Shown piece after piece: positions 7,901 to 16,434 of a stretch of DNA of 64,000 bases. The notes below the pieces were generated by a model that had not been told where the DNA came from, did no database searches, and was given only the letters and a program-made list of their open reading frames with translations. The position numbers and the translations under genes are program-made. Each line of letters starts with the position of its first letter. The first letter of the stretch is position 1. This DNA comes from Actinomycetota bacterium (GTDB taxonomy: Bacteria; Actinomycetota; Actinomycetes; S36-B12): NCBI GenBank assembly GCA_016870195.1, contig VGCC01000007.1, positions 1,336 to 65,335 of the forward strand. Reading direction: 5' to 3'.

Positions 7901-8483
7901 GTCGGTGCGCGCCGAGTTGGAGATCCTCGGCCTCGACGTCAGCCACCACATGATGGAGTTCTACGAGGACATGCTCGCGGACCTGTCGTTGGTGCGGGCC
8001 CGTGACCTGTTGGGCTGCAGATCCCAGCAGGAGATCTTCGTCGCGGGGGTGAAGGTGGCCACGCAGACACCACCCATCCGCAGTGGCAAGCGGGTCATCT
8101 TCGTCACCCTCGACGATGCCACCGGACCGATGGATGCCACGTTCTTCGAAGACGTCCAGGACCCGTATGCCGGAACCGTCTTCGACTCCTGGCTGCTCAT
8201 GGTGCGCGGTGTGGTGCGACGCACCGGGCCGCGGGGGGTGTCCCTGCGCGCCACCGGATGCTGGGAACTGGGCGAGGTGCGTCGGATCTGGAAGGACGGT
8301 GGCCGCGAGGCGGTCATCGACCTCGTCGACTCCTCACCGGTTCCCGGTGGCGGTGAGCCGCGCAGCCGCCCGATCCTGCTGCACGCGAGCGGGTTCCGGC
8401 AGTCCCCCTACGCCGACGTCAAACCCGCCGACCAGGCACCGAGCAAGTTGTGGCACCGCAGCCCGGGGACACCCGGATGGTGA
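4995..8483 (+). CDS. dnaE2: error-prone DNA polymerase III alpha homologue DnaE2 (ImuC)
   Basis: 1162 aa. Pol III alpha palm motif LPDIDIDVESARR and a DnaE-like fingers region (FQIESPGQRELI, LFRPGPV). It is a second alpha copy besides DnaE1 at 39812 and sits behind the SOS box. The N-terminal PHP motif is degenerate (HLQVASSHSLQYG). Confidence 0.85.
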   Translation: MPSTSTPFTHLQVASSHSLQYGTATAQALVTRAAEFGQPIIGVTDRDGLYGAVQWAHACRDAGVAPVIGVDLAVEPSSPTHAVSRRTPARGGAWIEESRPRVVFLASGARGWASLCRLVTAAHSHTRGDPYLTWQSVQQHHEGVVALLTPDSEPGRLLAADRPWRADAAVRPWRALFGRWLAMAVSCHHRPAGHRHSLAAAARTVRWARENHLPVVLTNGVRYLDRTDAPVADILDASRLLVPLRSSRLEHANGEAFLKSSAEMAQVAEEIARAAGERDRHRLVTDTIHLAEFCALQPERDLGLGEVFVPELDVLVDHPVTDPVREATALLWQRCRSALPQRYDSGELRAAEERLAAEMRTIEHLGFAGYFLTVAEVVDMIRAEGVRVAARGSGAGSLVNHLLGISGVDPMRHGLLMERFLSPLRRMLPDIDIDVESARRTEMYDRIFERFGHERVACVAMMETYRVRHAVRDVGKALGMPAAEVDALAKSFPHVRARYARSALADLPELRSSTFGRLAAEGTLDRFLTLVESLDGLPRHVALHPCGVILSDLTLLDRTPTETSAAGYAMSQFDKHDVEHMGFLKLDVLGVRMQSAMAYALDEIERTEGVRVELDTTSLDDPDTFALIRTTHTLGCFQIESPGQRELIGKFAPEYFSDLIIDISLFRPGPVKSDMVTPFLRARQGWSSPEYPHPDLRSIVEETYGVVVFHEQVMQIVATMTGCSLAEADESRRAMGSPEGQDEVRVWFYRAAHAQGYELAVIERVWEILRAFASFGFCKAHAAAFALPTYQSAWLKAHHPAAFFSGVLTHDPGMYPKRLILDDARHFGVVILGLDINASRAGYHAERMPDGEWGLRMAFQEVKGISDTEVEALVAGQPFSSLEDVMHRAGISRPTAENLVLAGAFDALYGFQQGTHRRHHLTRRDLLIHIAEHDRSRRSQISPAQLSLDMSSTITDVVPSGLGEMNAGESVRAELEILGLDVSHHMMEFYEDMLADLSLVRARDLLGCRSQQEIFVAGVKVATQTPPIRSGKRVIFVTLDDATGPMDATFFEDVQDPYAGTVFDSWLLMVRGVVRRTGPRGVSLRATGCWELGEVRRIWKDGGREAVIDLVDSSPVPGGGEPRSRPILLHASGFRQSPYADVKPADQAPSKLWHRSPGTPGW

Positions 8484-8517
8484 CCGGGGAACGCGCGATG
8501 AATGACATGGTGGGCCC

Positions 8518-9807
8518 ATGAGCCGCAGCCAGGTGCGCCGCCCGCAGGGCCGCATCGGATTCGGCGACGATGACACCGGCTGCCCGATCCTCCATATAGA
8601 TATGGACGCGTTCTACGCATCCGTCGAACTGCTCGACCACCCGGAGTTGGTCGGCACCCCGGTCATCGTCGGCGCGGGGGGCAACCGCGGCGTGGTGCTG
8701 TCGGCCACGTACGAGGCACGTGCCCTCGGTGTCCACTCGGCGATGCCGATGTCGCGCGCCCGGCGCATCGCACCGCAGGCCACGATCCTGCCGCCGCGGC
8801 ACTCCCTCTATTCCGAGGCCAGCCAGGGAGTGATGGCGATCTTCCGATCGGTCACCCCGCAGGTGGAGCCCCTCAGCCTCGACGAGGCGTTCCTGGATGT
8901 GTCTGGTGCGCTGCGTCGACTCGGTCCGCCGCGTCACATCGCGGAGTTGATCCGCGCACGCGTGGTCGACGAGCAGGGCATCACCTGCTCGGTCGGCGTG
9001 GCCCCGACCAAGTTCGTCGCCAAACTCGCCTCCACGCGCTGCAAGCCCGATGGCCTGCTGGTCATCCCGGTCGACCAGGTGCTTGCGTTCTTGCATCCCC
9101 TCCCCGTCGGGGCACTGTGGGGCGTGGGGGAGAAGACCGAGGAGCACCTGACCCGGTTGGGTTTGCGCACCGTCGGCGACATCGCGCATACGCCACTCGT
9201 CACATTGCAGCGCGCCCTCGGGGAGGCCACCGGTTCCCACCTCTACGAGCTGTCCTGGGGGCGGGATTCACGCAGCGTGAATCCGCACGAGCCGGAGAAG
9301 AGCATCGGCAATGAGGAAACGTTCGCCGAGGACACCGACGACGAGGAGTTCGTGCGAACCCGGATCGCAGCACTCGCCGACCACGTCGCCGCACGGCTGC
9401 GCCGAGCCGAATTTCGCGCACGGACGATTTCCTTGAAGGTGCGCTTCTCCGACTTCAGCACCATCACCCGCTCCCGCACCCTGCACGACCCCACCGATGT
9501 CGGCAAAGACGTCTACGACACCGCGTGGACGCTGTTTGCGGCCCTGGGACTCGAACGGGCCCAGATCCGATTGGTGGGGGTCCGGGCCGAGAACCTCATC
9601 CCCGCCGAGGATGCACCCGAGCAGCTCCTCCTGGACGCCCCCGAGCACGGCCGCCGCGACGCAGAGGTCGCCATCGATGGCTTGCGGGACCGATTCGGCG
9701 ACGAGGCGGTGGTGCCGGGACGCCTCGTGCCGGGAGCGGTCAATCGGACAGAGTCCGGGCAGCCGCCACACGGAGACCGATCCGCGGGTGTCGCTCCGGG
9801 CGATTAG
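8518..9807 (+). CDS. dinB: Y-family DNA polymerase IV (DinB-type, catalytic residues intact)
   Basis: 429 aa. Motifs: HIDMDAFYASVELL, SLDEAFLDVSG, VGVAPTKFVAKLAS. A possible clamp-binding-like PEQLLLDAP lies near the C terminus. Confidence 0.85.
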   Translation: MSRSQVRRPQGRIGFGDDDTGCPILHIDMDAFYASVELLDHPELVGTPVIVGAGGNRGVVLSATYEARALGVHSAMPMSRARRIAPQATILPPRHSLYSEASQGVMAIFRSVTPQVEPLSLDEAFLDVSGALRRLGPPRHIAELIRARVVDEQGITCSVGVAPTKFVAKLASTRCKPDGLLVIPVDQVLAFLHPLPVGALWGVGEKTEEHLTRLGLRTVGDIAHTPLVTLQRALGEATGSHLYELSWGRDSRSVNPHEPEKSIGNEETFAEDTDDEEFVRTRIAALADHVAARLRRAEFRARTISLKVRFSDFSTITRSRTLHDPTDVGKDVYDTAWTLFAALGLERAQIRLVGVRAENLIPAEDAPEQLLLDAPEHGRRDAEVAIDGLRDRFGDEAVVPGRLVPGAVNRTESGQPPHGDRSAGVAPGD

Positions 9808-9858
9808 TGCTTATCCTTGGCGAAGCGACATATCTGCCCAGAGGAGAGGGGGCCTGCG

Positions 9859-10254
9859 GTGCCACTATCCGAGCACGAGCAGCGCCTGCTGGAGCAGATG
9901 GAAAAGGCGCTCTACGCAGAAGACCCGAAGTTCGCCACGTCCCTGCGTTCCACCGGTGCAGGCGGTGCCCATCGCGGCCGCGCAGTACTCGGTGTCCTCG
10001 GCTTCCTCGGGGGAATGGGTCTGATCCTCGCCGGGGTCGCCACCGCAGTCATCGCACTCGGGGTCGTGGGATTCGTCATCATGTTTGCTGGGGCGGTCCT
10101 CGTTTACTCCGCCTTCTCGGGCGGCGCGGGAGCAGCGCCCGCAGCGGAAGGCGAGCAGACCGCGGCACCGCAGGCGCCGAAGCAGACCGGGCCCGGCTTC
10201 ATGGGCAAAATGGAAGACCGCTGGCGCCGTCGCGCCGAAGGCGACCCCCAGTAG
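9859..10254 (+). CDS. DUF3040-like small membrane protein
   Basis: GTG 9859 follows GAGGAGAGGG. The N terminus PLSEHEQRLLEQMEKALYAEDPKFA is followed by two hydrophobic helices, typical of the actinobacterial DUF3040 found upstream of dcw. Confidence 0.65.
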   Translation: MPLSEHEQRLLEQMEKALYAEDPKFATSLRSTGAGGAHRGRAVLGVLGFLGGMGLILAGVATAVIALGVVGFVIMFAGAVLVYSAFSGGAGAAPAAEGEQTAAPQAPKQTGPGFMGKMEDRWRRRAEGDPQ

Positions 10255-10264
10255 TACCTGAGAG

Positions 10265-11554
10265 TTACCCGGCGTTCGCGGGCTTCTGGGGCGGAACCGC
10301 GGGCGGGAATTCGCAATTCCGCGTCGTCGGACGTCCAGCGAATCGGTCTGCGACCCACTGCGTGACCACCGGCCCCGCGGTAACCGCCGCCTTTATGTGC
10401 CCTATGTCTCCCATCCACATCATGGTCAGGTCGGAACCTGCGGCACACCACTTCTCTTGCAGGTAGGCGTTCGGCCACGGCAGCACAACCTCGTCCGTCG
10501 TGCCCTGAGCGATGAACAGCGGCATTGACGAGGGGAATGGCGGGGGAGTCTGTCGCTCCGCGAACGCCGCCCAAGCGGTGTTGTCGAGAGGGTTCTCCGA
10601 GAAGAACTTCTGACCCGCCGACTTGCGGAGCGCCAACTCGAGGAGCAGCGTGTTATTGCTCGTGCATTGATCCGCGATGCGCTGATACGTCCTTTCCCCG
10701 GTGAAGGTCAGCACTTGATCGGGAGACAGTGCCGGGTCGGCCACCGGCCAGGAGATAGCGACCTCCGGGCCGATCCCCCACCCGATCGTGGTGTCCCACT
10801 GGGCGTCCATGATCCGCGTGAGCTCCGCAGCAGGCGCGGCGGCTGCCACGCCAAGCAAAGACAATTCCGGCGCGATCGTCTCGCTGAGATGACCCGTCCA
10901 CAACGCGGAGTGGCCACCCTGCGAGTGTCCCCACACGACGTAACGGTCACCCGCGTCGGCCTCGGGGAGTGCGCGAGCCGCGCGCACGGAGTTCACCACA
11001 TCGTGGGCCTCCGCCTCTCCCACCAGGTACAACTCGGGACCGGGAGTGCCCAGGCCGACGTAATCCGTGGCGACGACGACGTAGCCGAGCGCGAGCATCG
11101 AGTCGAGCCAGTTCGCGGTGTCGCCCAGGGGATTGTCGGAGCGCGACGGGGCGCACGCGTCCCCCATGCCGAGTGTCCCGTGGGCCCACGCCACAACCGG
11201 CCTCCCCTCGGGCGGCGCGGGTGCTGTGGGGATGAAGATCATCCCTCCGGAGGCTGCCGGTGTGCCGTCCGGTCGCGCGGACACGTAGAGAATCCGCAGT
11301 GCGGTAGCACCTGGAACATCCACTCCGAGTGGTTCAGTGCGGATCACCGTGCCCGGTGTCGGGGGAAGCGGGCTGGGGGGTTCGTAGAACGGCGCGAGTG
11401 CGGACTGTTCGTTCCCGCTGCGAATCTCCGTGGTGATGTTGGCTCCGACCAGCAGGAAGACGAGGCCCGCGATGAGTCCAACGGGGGCAATGACCAGCCA
11501 CCACCAGGCACGCACCCTGGCACTGTAGTGCCGGAGATGACCATCGGGAATCAT
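10265..11554 (-). CDS. secreted/membrane-anchored lipase (alpha/beta hydrolase, LIP family-like)
   Basis: 429 aa. N-terminal TM anchor WWWLVIAPVGLIAGLVFLLV and nucleophile elbow VVWGHSQGGHSALW. The start may be downstream of 11554. Confidence 0.7.
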   Translation of the reverse strand: MIPDGHLRHYSARVRAWWWLVIAPVGLIAGLVFLLVGANITTEIRSGNEQSALAPFYEPPSPLPPTPGTVIRTEPLGVDVPGATALRILYVSARPDGTPAASGGMIFIPTAPAPPEGRPVVAWAHGTLGMGDACAPSRSDNPLGDTANWLDSMLALGYVVVATDYVGLGTPGPELYLVGEAEAHDVVNSVRAARALPEADAGDRYVVWGHSQGGHSALWTGHLSETIAPELSLLGVAAAAPAAELTRIMDAQWDTTIGWGIGPEVAISWPVADPALSPDQVLTFTGERTYQRIADQCTSNNTLLLELALRKSAGQKFFSENPLDNTAWAAFAERQTPPPFPSSMPLFIAQGTTDEVVLPWPNAYLQEKWCAAGSDLTMMWMGDIGHIKAAVTAGPVVTQWVADRFAGRPTTRNCEFPPAVPPQKPANAG

Positions 11555-11560
11555 GGCGGT

Positions 11561-12121
11561 GTGGAAGCCGAACCCAGCTCCGTCCGCGATGTCGTGGTGG
11601 TCTCGCGCATCGACGTCCCGCTGGGCGAGGGGGACGTCCGCTCTGCAGTCGCAGATTCCATCGCGGGCGTGGTCGGTCTTGTGGGGTTCACGGTTTCAAC
11701 CGCCGTGAACTTGACTCGCGCTGTGGCCTCCTCCGCGGTCAACGGAACCCTGGACCGCGTGTTGCCTCCGATCATCGACGCGGTGATCTCGCGGATCGAT
11801 TTGACCGAGGTGGTCCTCGCGCGCGTTGATCTGCGGGCCATTGTCCTGCAGGCCCTCGATGAAATCGACCTCACCGCCATCGTCGTCGACCGAGTCGACC
11901 TCGATGTCGTCATCAACCAGATTCCGATCGTGGAAATTGCCGACTACGTGGTCAATGAGATCGACCTCCCCGAACTCATTCGAGAGTCAACCGGAGGTGT
12001 CGCGGATAGCGCCCTGAATGCGGCACGGATGCAAGCCGCAGAGGCGGACGCCGGTATCGCCCACATCGTGGATCGGATCCTGCTGCGGTCGCGATCGCGC
12101 AGGGACGAGGGAGGTACCTGA
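11561..12121 (+). CDS. hypothetical protein with periodic (I/V)DL motifs
   Basis: This is the 3' part of track ORF 10667-12121; the 5' part is antisense to the lipase and is rejected. GC3 is high. Sequence SRIDLTEVVLARVDLRAIVLQALDEIDLTAIVVDRVDLDVVINQ...NEIDLPELI. The stop TGA 12119-12121 overlaps ATG 12121 of the next gene. The start is uncertain (GTG 11561 or later). Confidence 0.45.
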   Translation: MEAEPSSVRDVVVVSRIDVPLGEGDVRSAVADSIAGVVGLVGFTVSTAVNLTRAVASSAVNGTLDRVLPPIIDAVISRIDLTEVVLARVDLRAIVLQALDEIDLTAIVVDRVDLDVVINQIPIVEIADYVVNEIDLPELIRESTGGVADSALNAARMQAAEADAGIAHIVDRILLRSRSRRDEGGT

Positions 12122-12633
12122 TGGATTTCTCCACGTATCAGCAACTCGTCCAGGCCGGCGAGGCACCGATGGTGGACCCGCTTCCAAAGGCTGCGCGCGA
12201 TCTGCAGGGAACAACCGCGGGTTTCGTCACCCGTGCCGTGAGCGTGCTCATCGATATCGCCCTCGTTAGCGTGCTCGTCGTCGTCGGATGGGCGGGCACT
12301 CGATTCCTGATCTTCGTGCTGCGCCCCACGGAGCCGTTGCCTACACCCGATGCCTTCGCGCTCCTCGTGTTCGGCTACGCGTTCATGGTGCTGTATTGGA
12401 TGGCGTGTTGGGCCACCACAGGTCGCTCCCTGGGTGGATTCGCGATGGGTGTGCGCGTGCGCAGCCGGGATGGATCACGTGTGGGCTGGCTCCGGTCCCT
12501 CGGTCGTGCGGTTTTCTGCGTCGCGGTCCCACCGGGTCTGCTCTGGGCGATCATCAGCCATCGTGACCAATCCATCCAGGACATCGTGCTACGCACAACG
12601 GTGATCAGGGACTGGGCGCGCCTCGGGCAGTGA
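12121..12633 (+). CDS. RDD family membrane protein
   Basis: 170 aa. GFVTRAVSVLIDIALV is followed by TM helices, RSLGGFAMGVRV and a C-terminal HRDQSIQDIVLRTTV (the RDD-type signature). Confidence 0.7.
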   Translation: MDFSTYQQLVQAGEAPMVDPLPKAARDLQGTTAGFVTRAVSVLIDIALVSVLVVVGWAGTRFLIFVLRPTEPLPTPDAFALLVFGYAFMVLYWMACWATTGRSLGGFAMGVRVRSRDGSRVGWLRSLGRAVFCVAVPPGLLWAIISHRDQSIQDIVLRTTVIRDWARLGQ

Positions 12634-12642
12634 GCCCTGGGG

Positions 12643-14745
12643 CTATTCCGGCGTGATCAGATGCAACTGGTTCGTCGCGCGCGTACACGCAACATAGATG
12701 TTGGCCCCCGCAGGAACTTCGTAGGCGATGGCTTCTGGGTTGACGATGAAGACCTGATCGAATTCCAAACCCTTCGAATCCTGCGCTGTGATCACGGCGG
12801 CCACCGCATCGATCGCATCCGGACCAAAGCCGAACGGATCGCCGTCGAGGAGTTCCGACCACATCGGGACTTCTGCTGCGGGAACGATGACCGCGGCACG
12901 TCCGGTGAAATCGATCAGAACCTTCTCGATGTATGTGCGAACGTCGGCCGTCGGTCGTGCGATGGCGACCGTTGGTGGTCCGGTTCGGATCGGCTGCAGG
13001 GTCGGGGCGTGGCCCCCTGCGGCGGTGAGCCAGGACGAGGCGGTGTCCGCGATCTCCTCAGTGATGCGGTATGTGATGGTGAGTTCGTGGAGCCTGAGGG
13101 ACTCCCCGGCCCACCCGAGGGCTTCTTCCCAGGTCCGCGCTGCCGCGGGATGCGACGCCTGCTGCAGGTCCCCGACTACCGTCATGGACTTGCGACTCGC
13201 CCGACGTTGCACGGCACGCCAGGCCATTGCGCTCAGTTCCTGTGCCTCGTCGACGATGACGTGGCCGTAGATCCAGTCGCGGTCGTCGAAGGCACGTTCA
13301 GCCACGCTTCTCGTGGACCGCTCGACATGGTGAGCGTTCGCGACATGCAGGTCGCGCGCATCGAGTTCACGCGGATCATCCGGAGAAGAGGTGGGTGCGC
13401 ACCGGCGGGGACGCTCCCAGACTCCCACCCTCGCCGCGACTTCATCGATCAGTGGCACATCGTCCACGGTCCACGGAGATAACCGGGGACGCAGGAGTGC
13501 AGCCTGCTCATGGGACTCCAGAATCCCGTTGGCGCACTCGCGCAGGAAGTCCGCGTCCGAGAGGAGACGGTTGATCAAGTCCGCCGGATCGATCGGCATC
13601 CACATCAAGTTGAGTTTTCGACGTACATGGCGATCGTCAATGAAGTCGGAGACCTCGTCAAGCACTTCATTTGCAGTGGGTGTGGAGTGCCCGGCATCGC
13701 GCAGTCGATTGCGGGCGGCAGCTTCGAGGACGCGACGGAGGAAGGTCTCTCGCCCCTCGTGATAGCGCTGATGGCGAGAGAGACCACGAGCGGCTTCGGT
13801 GAACTGCCCGGCGCGGATGCGGATCTGGCCATGGGATTCTGTTGTAATGCGTACGTCCGTGTCAGGTACACGTATCCGCGCTGAGATTGCCCGCGCAATG
13901 ACATCGGCCATGCGTGCATCCCCTTTGATCGCCGCCACCGTCGCCGGATCCTGGGCGGATGCGCGGATACCCGGCACCATGGTTGCGGTGGTCATCAAGA
14001 CCACATCCGTTTCGCCCAGGCTGGGAAGGACTTGATCGATATAGCGGAGGAAGAGGGTGCTGGGGCCAATGACCAGAACCCCGTCGAGACTCAACTTCTC
14101 GCTGTAGGTATAGAGCAGCCACGCGGCTCGGTGCAATGCCACAACCGTCTTCCCGGTTCCGGGTCCGCCCTTAACGACGGTGACATGCTCCACGGGACTG
14201 CGGATGATCGCGTCCTGATCCGCGGCGATCGTGGCGAGGATGTCCCCCATCCGACCTGTGCGCGGATCGTTCATCGCCTCCGCTCCCGGAAGAAGGTGGG
14301 TCTGCCCATCGAAGAACTCGTCGTCGATGTGGGTCACCACCTCGCGAAGGTCTTCCTGGCGGGTTGCGATCCTGCGACGCATGGACAGGTGCATGGGTTG
14401 GGCACTCGTGGCTTGGTAGAAGGGGGCAGCCTGGGGCGCGCGCCAATCCACGAGGACCACGTCTCCGTTCACCGAGCGCAGCCCGATGCGCCCAATGTGG
14501 AGCTCGGGACCCGAGTCGGGGTCGATTCGCCCAAAGCAGAGGCGCATCCGGGACGCCTCTGCGGAGCGCAGTTGCTGACGAAGGTTCACCAGGTGCGCTT
14601 CCCGTTCCAGATCGTCCTGACCAGTACCCGTGGCCGGAGCCGAGGACACCTGCCCGATCCGCTGGTGGAGGTGATCGATATGGCGGGAGAGATCGGCATG
14701 AAACGCGTCGAGTCGCTCCTGCTCGAACTCGATGCTGCTCGTCAC
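12643..14745 (-). CDS. helD: HelD-like UvrD/Rep superfamily 1 ATPase (RNA polymerase-associated helicase IV family)
   Basis: 700 aa. N-terminal coiled-coil-like segment, Walker A VVKGGPGTGKTVVALHR, IVDEAQEL and C-terminal YVACTRATNQLHL. GTG start at 14745. Confidence 0.75.
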   Translation of the reverse strand: MTSSIEFEQERLDAFHADLSRHIDHLHQRIGQVSSAPATGTGQDDLEREAHLVNLRQQLRSAEASRMRLCFGRIDPDSGPELHIGRIGLRSVNGDVVLVDWRAPQAAPFYQATSAQPMHLSMRRRIATRQEDLREVVTHIDDEFFDGQTHLLPGAEAMNDPRTGRMGDILATIAADQDAIIRSPVEHVTVVKGGPGTGKTVVALHRAAWLLYTYSEKLSLDGVLVIGPSTLFLRYIDQVLPSLGETDVVLMTTATMVPGIRASAQDPATVAAIKGDARMADVIARAISARIRVPDTDVRITTESHGQIRIRAGQFTEAARGLSRHQRYHEGRETFLRRVLEAAARNRLRDAGHSTPTANEVLDEVSDFIDDRHVRRKLNLMWMPIDPADLINRLLSDADFLRECANGILESHEQAALLRPRLSPWTVDDVPLIDEVAARVGVWERPRRCAPTSSPDDPRELDARDLHVANAHHVERSTRSVAERAFDDRDWIYGHVIVDEAQELSAMAWRAVQRRASRKSMTVVGDLQQASHPAAARTWEEALGWAGESLRLHELTITYRITEEIADTASSWLTAAGGHAPTLQPIRTGPPTVAIARPTADVRTYIEKVLIDFTGRAAVIVPAAEVPMWSELLDGDPFGFGPDAIDAVAAVITAQDSKGLEFDQVFIVNPEAIAYEVPAGANIYVACTRATNQLHLITPE

Positions 14746-14821
14746 GATGGTCCCGGGGCCGGTGTGAAAGGGTCCACAAGTCTGTCACGGGATATCGGGC
14801 GCGGTCCACCGGGAGGGCGAG

Positions 14822-15226
14822 ATGGGACGTGGTGACACCGGCATCGGTCGGGAGGAACTCTTCGGCATCTACGACGACACCCTGGTCACGGTGTGGGACG
14901 GGTCGTCGTGGGTGGATCCCGCCCCCGTGTGTGTGGCCCGGGGGGAGTCGGGCGTGGTCCTGACGGCATGGAATCCCGGCTGGGAGCGACCGGGCCGTGC
15001 CGCCAATGAGGCGAACAACCGCCGCCTGGAGGCCGAACTGGATCTGATCGGAGCCGATGTCTGGCCCGCGGTGGGCGCATCCCAGCGGGACGACCATTCG
15101 GAGCCGGGATTCATCGTCTGGGGCATGACGGCCGAGCGCGGTTGTGAAATCGCCCGGCGCTTCGGCCAATTGGCGATCTACGTCTATGACCCGGATGGGT
15201 CACGGAAGACGATCGACTGCGACTAG
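14822..15226 (+). CDS. DUF3293-like conserved hypothetical protein
   Basis: 134 aa. GGGAGGG lies upstream of the ATG. Sequence VVLTAWNPGWERPGRAANEANNRRLEAEL...SEPGFIVWGMTAERGCEIARRFGQLAIYVY. Confidence 0.55.
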   Translation: MGRGDTGIGREELFGIYDDTLVTVWDGSSWVDPAPVCVARGESGVVLTAWNPGWERPGRAANEANNRRLEAELDLIGADVWPAVGASQRDDHSEPGFIVWGMTAERGCEIARRFGQLAIYVYDPDGSRKTIDCD

Positions 15227-16305
15227 GGGGTCGCGGAGGGCGAAGGGCTGGCGTTGATGACCGCGCGGCGCCCCTCGTTGAGCAGGATCACCCAGGTCTG
15301 CCCGGGAGTGAATGTCATCGGTGAACCATCACGCATCAAGAAGGTGGTCCCGGAGGCGGCGTCGGGCCGACTCCATGTCACGTCAAACGCTCGTCCATCG
15401 CGCACGACGAGACCCGCTCCGCTGCCAATGGTCTCCACGTGCGGGGTGTTGCCGCCACCCTTATCGAAGAACTGCGATTCCGCCTGTTGCACGTACTGGA
15501 TGATCACAGTGTCGGCGCGCTGCTGCTGGCCGGTCTCTTCCTCCATGGCCGCAATCCCGTTCAAATACACGAGGAAATCACCGGCACCGGAGTCATACTC
15601 GAAGTCCGCTGAGGACGATGGCCACTCCACCGAGGCTCGAGATAGCGGATAGCCCCCGGCGGGAGTCTGCCCATCAAATCGGAAGCCGATGTCGCGGGTG
15701 AGGGAGGCGTCCGTGGCCCAGGCCAGGCCCGCCACGCCATCAAGGAAGTAGTTGTAGGGAGCTCGGCGATCGGCATCCCGCGAGTAGACCTTCGCGACCT
15801 TGTTGGGAGAGATGTCGACGACGGATGACTCGTCGATGAGGGGCCACATCTTCCGCTGGACACCTGAGAAGGAGAAGGCCGGTGACCCGAACTGCGCCAG
15901 CAGATCGATGTCGGTGATCCGAGCCGAACGCACGGGACCGATTCGAGTGGGGATCTCTCCTGAGAAGACGGCGGCGATCCGGGTCATCCCGTACTCGACC
16001 TCTTCGATGTAGACGATGTCGGCTCGGTGGAGACCTGCATGCGGCTGCGCGTTCCCGGTGTTGTCGAGCTTCACGGCAAGGACGGGACGCGGGCTCACCT
16101 CCGGAAGCCCGGTGAGGGGCGAGGTGGGCGTCGGCGTCGGCGTCGGGCTCGGGCTCGGGCTCGGGAGGGGGGCGGGCGCCTGACTGGGGGGAGGGGTCGG
16201 CGCCGGGTTCACGGTCGCCTGGCTGCTGCACGCCCCCACGAGGAAAGCAGCGAGCGGGAGCACCACTACTACCCGGCCGAACACCGCCCCACGGTAGGTG
16301 ACCAT
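15223..16305 (-). CDS. DUF3048-like lipoprotein
   Basis: ATG 16305 gives MVTYRGAVFGRVVVVLPLAAFLVGAC (a lipobox), a Pro/Ser/Thr linker, then PVLAVKLDNTGNAQPHAGLHRADIVYIEEVEYGMTRIAAVF. The 594-aa track ORF is a 5' over-extension across mraZ. Confidence 0.7.
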   Translation of the reverse strand: MVTYRGAVFGRVVVVLPLAAFLVGACSSQATVNPAPTPPPSQAPAPLPSPSPSPTPTPTPTSPLTGLPEVSPRPVLAVKLDNTGNAQPHAGLHRADIVYIEEVEYGMTRIAAVFSGEIPTRIGPVRSARITDIDLLAQFGSPAFSFSGVQRKMWPLIDESSVVDISPNKVAKVYSRDADRRAPYNYFLDGVAGLAWATDASLTRDIGFRFDGQTPAGGYPLSRASVEWPSSSADFEYDSGAGDFLVYLNGIAAMEEETGQQQRADTVIIQYVQQAESQFFDKGGGNTPHVETIGSGAGLVVRDGRAFDVTWSRPDAASGTTFLMRDGSPMTFTPGQTWVILLNEGRRAVINASPSPSATP

Positions 16306-16343
16306 CCGGCAAACGGGGGACAGCCGGGGAGGAAAGGGAGGCC

Positions 16344-16380
16344 AAAGTGGTTGACGGTGGGGCAAAGTGGAGTAAAGTGG
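16344..16380 (+). promoter_or_regulatory. four phased MraZ boxes (AAAGTGG / ACGGTGG / AAAGTGG / AAAGTGG, exact 10-bp spacing) overlapping candidate promoter TTGACG(16351)-N16-TAAAGT(16373)
   Basis: GTGG ends at 16350, 16360, 16370 and 16380, and degenerate CTGG and CAGG continue the phase at 16390 and 16400. The array lies 55 bp upstream of the mraZ ATG. Confidence 0.65.
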
Positions 16381-16434
16381 CGCTACCTGGAGGTGCCAGG
16401 GGGATTTATGGGGTCTACGAGGCGGGAGTGACAG

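Noticed and set aside
10667-11554. The 5' two-thirds of the 484-aa plus-strand ORF overlapping the lipase gene.
   Set aside because: It is antisense to a lipase with a GHSQG nucleophile elbow. Only the part downstream of 11554 is kept as a candidate CDS.
14746-14821. A rifamycin-associated-element-like palindrome upstream of helD, which would mark a HelR-type rifamycin resistance gene.
   Set aside because: I could not find a long GC-rich palindrome in the 76-bp upstream region. There is no sequence support for that specific role.
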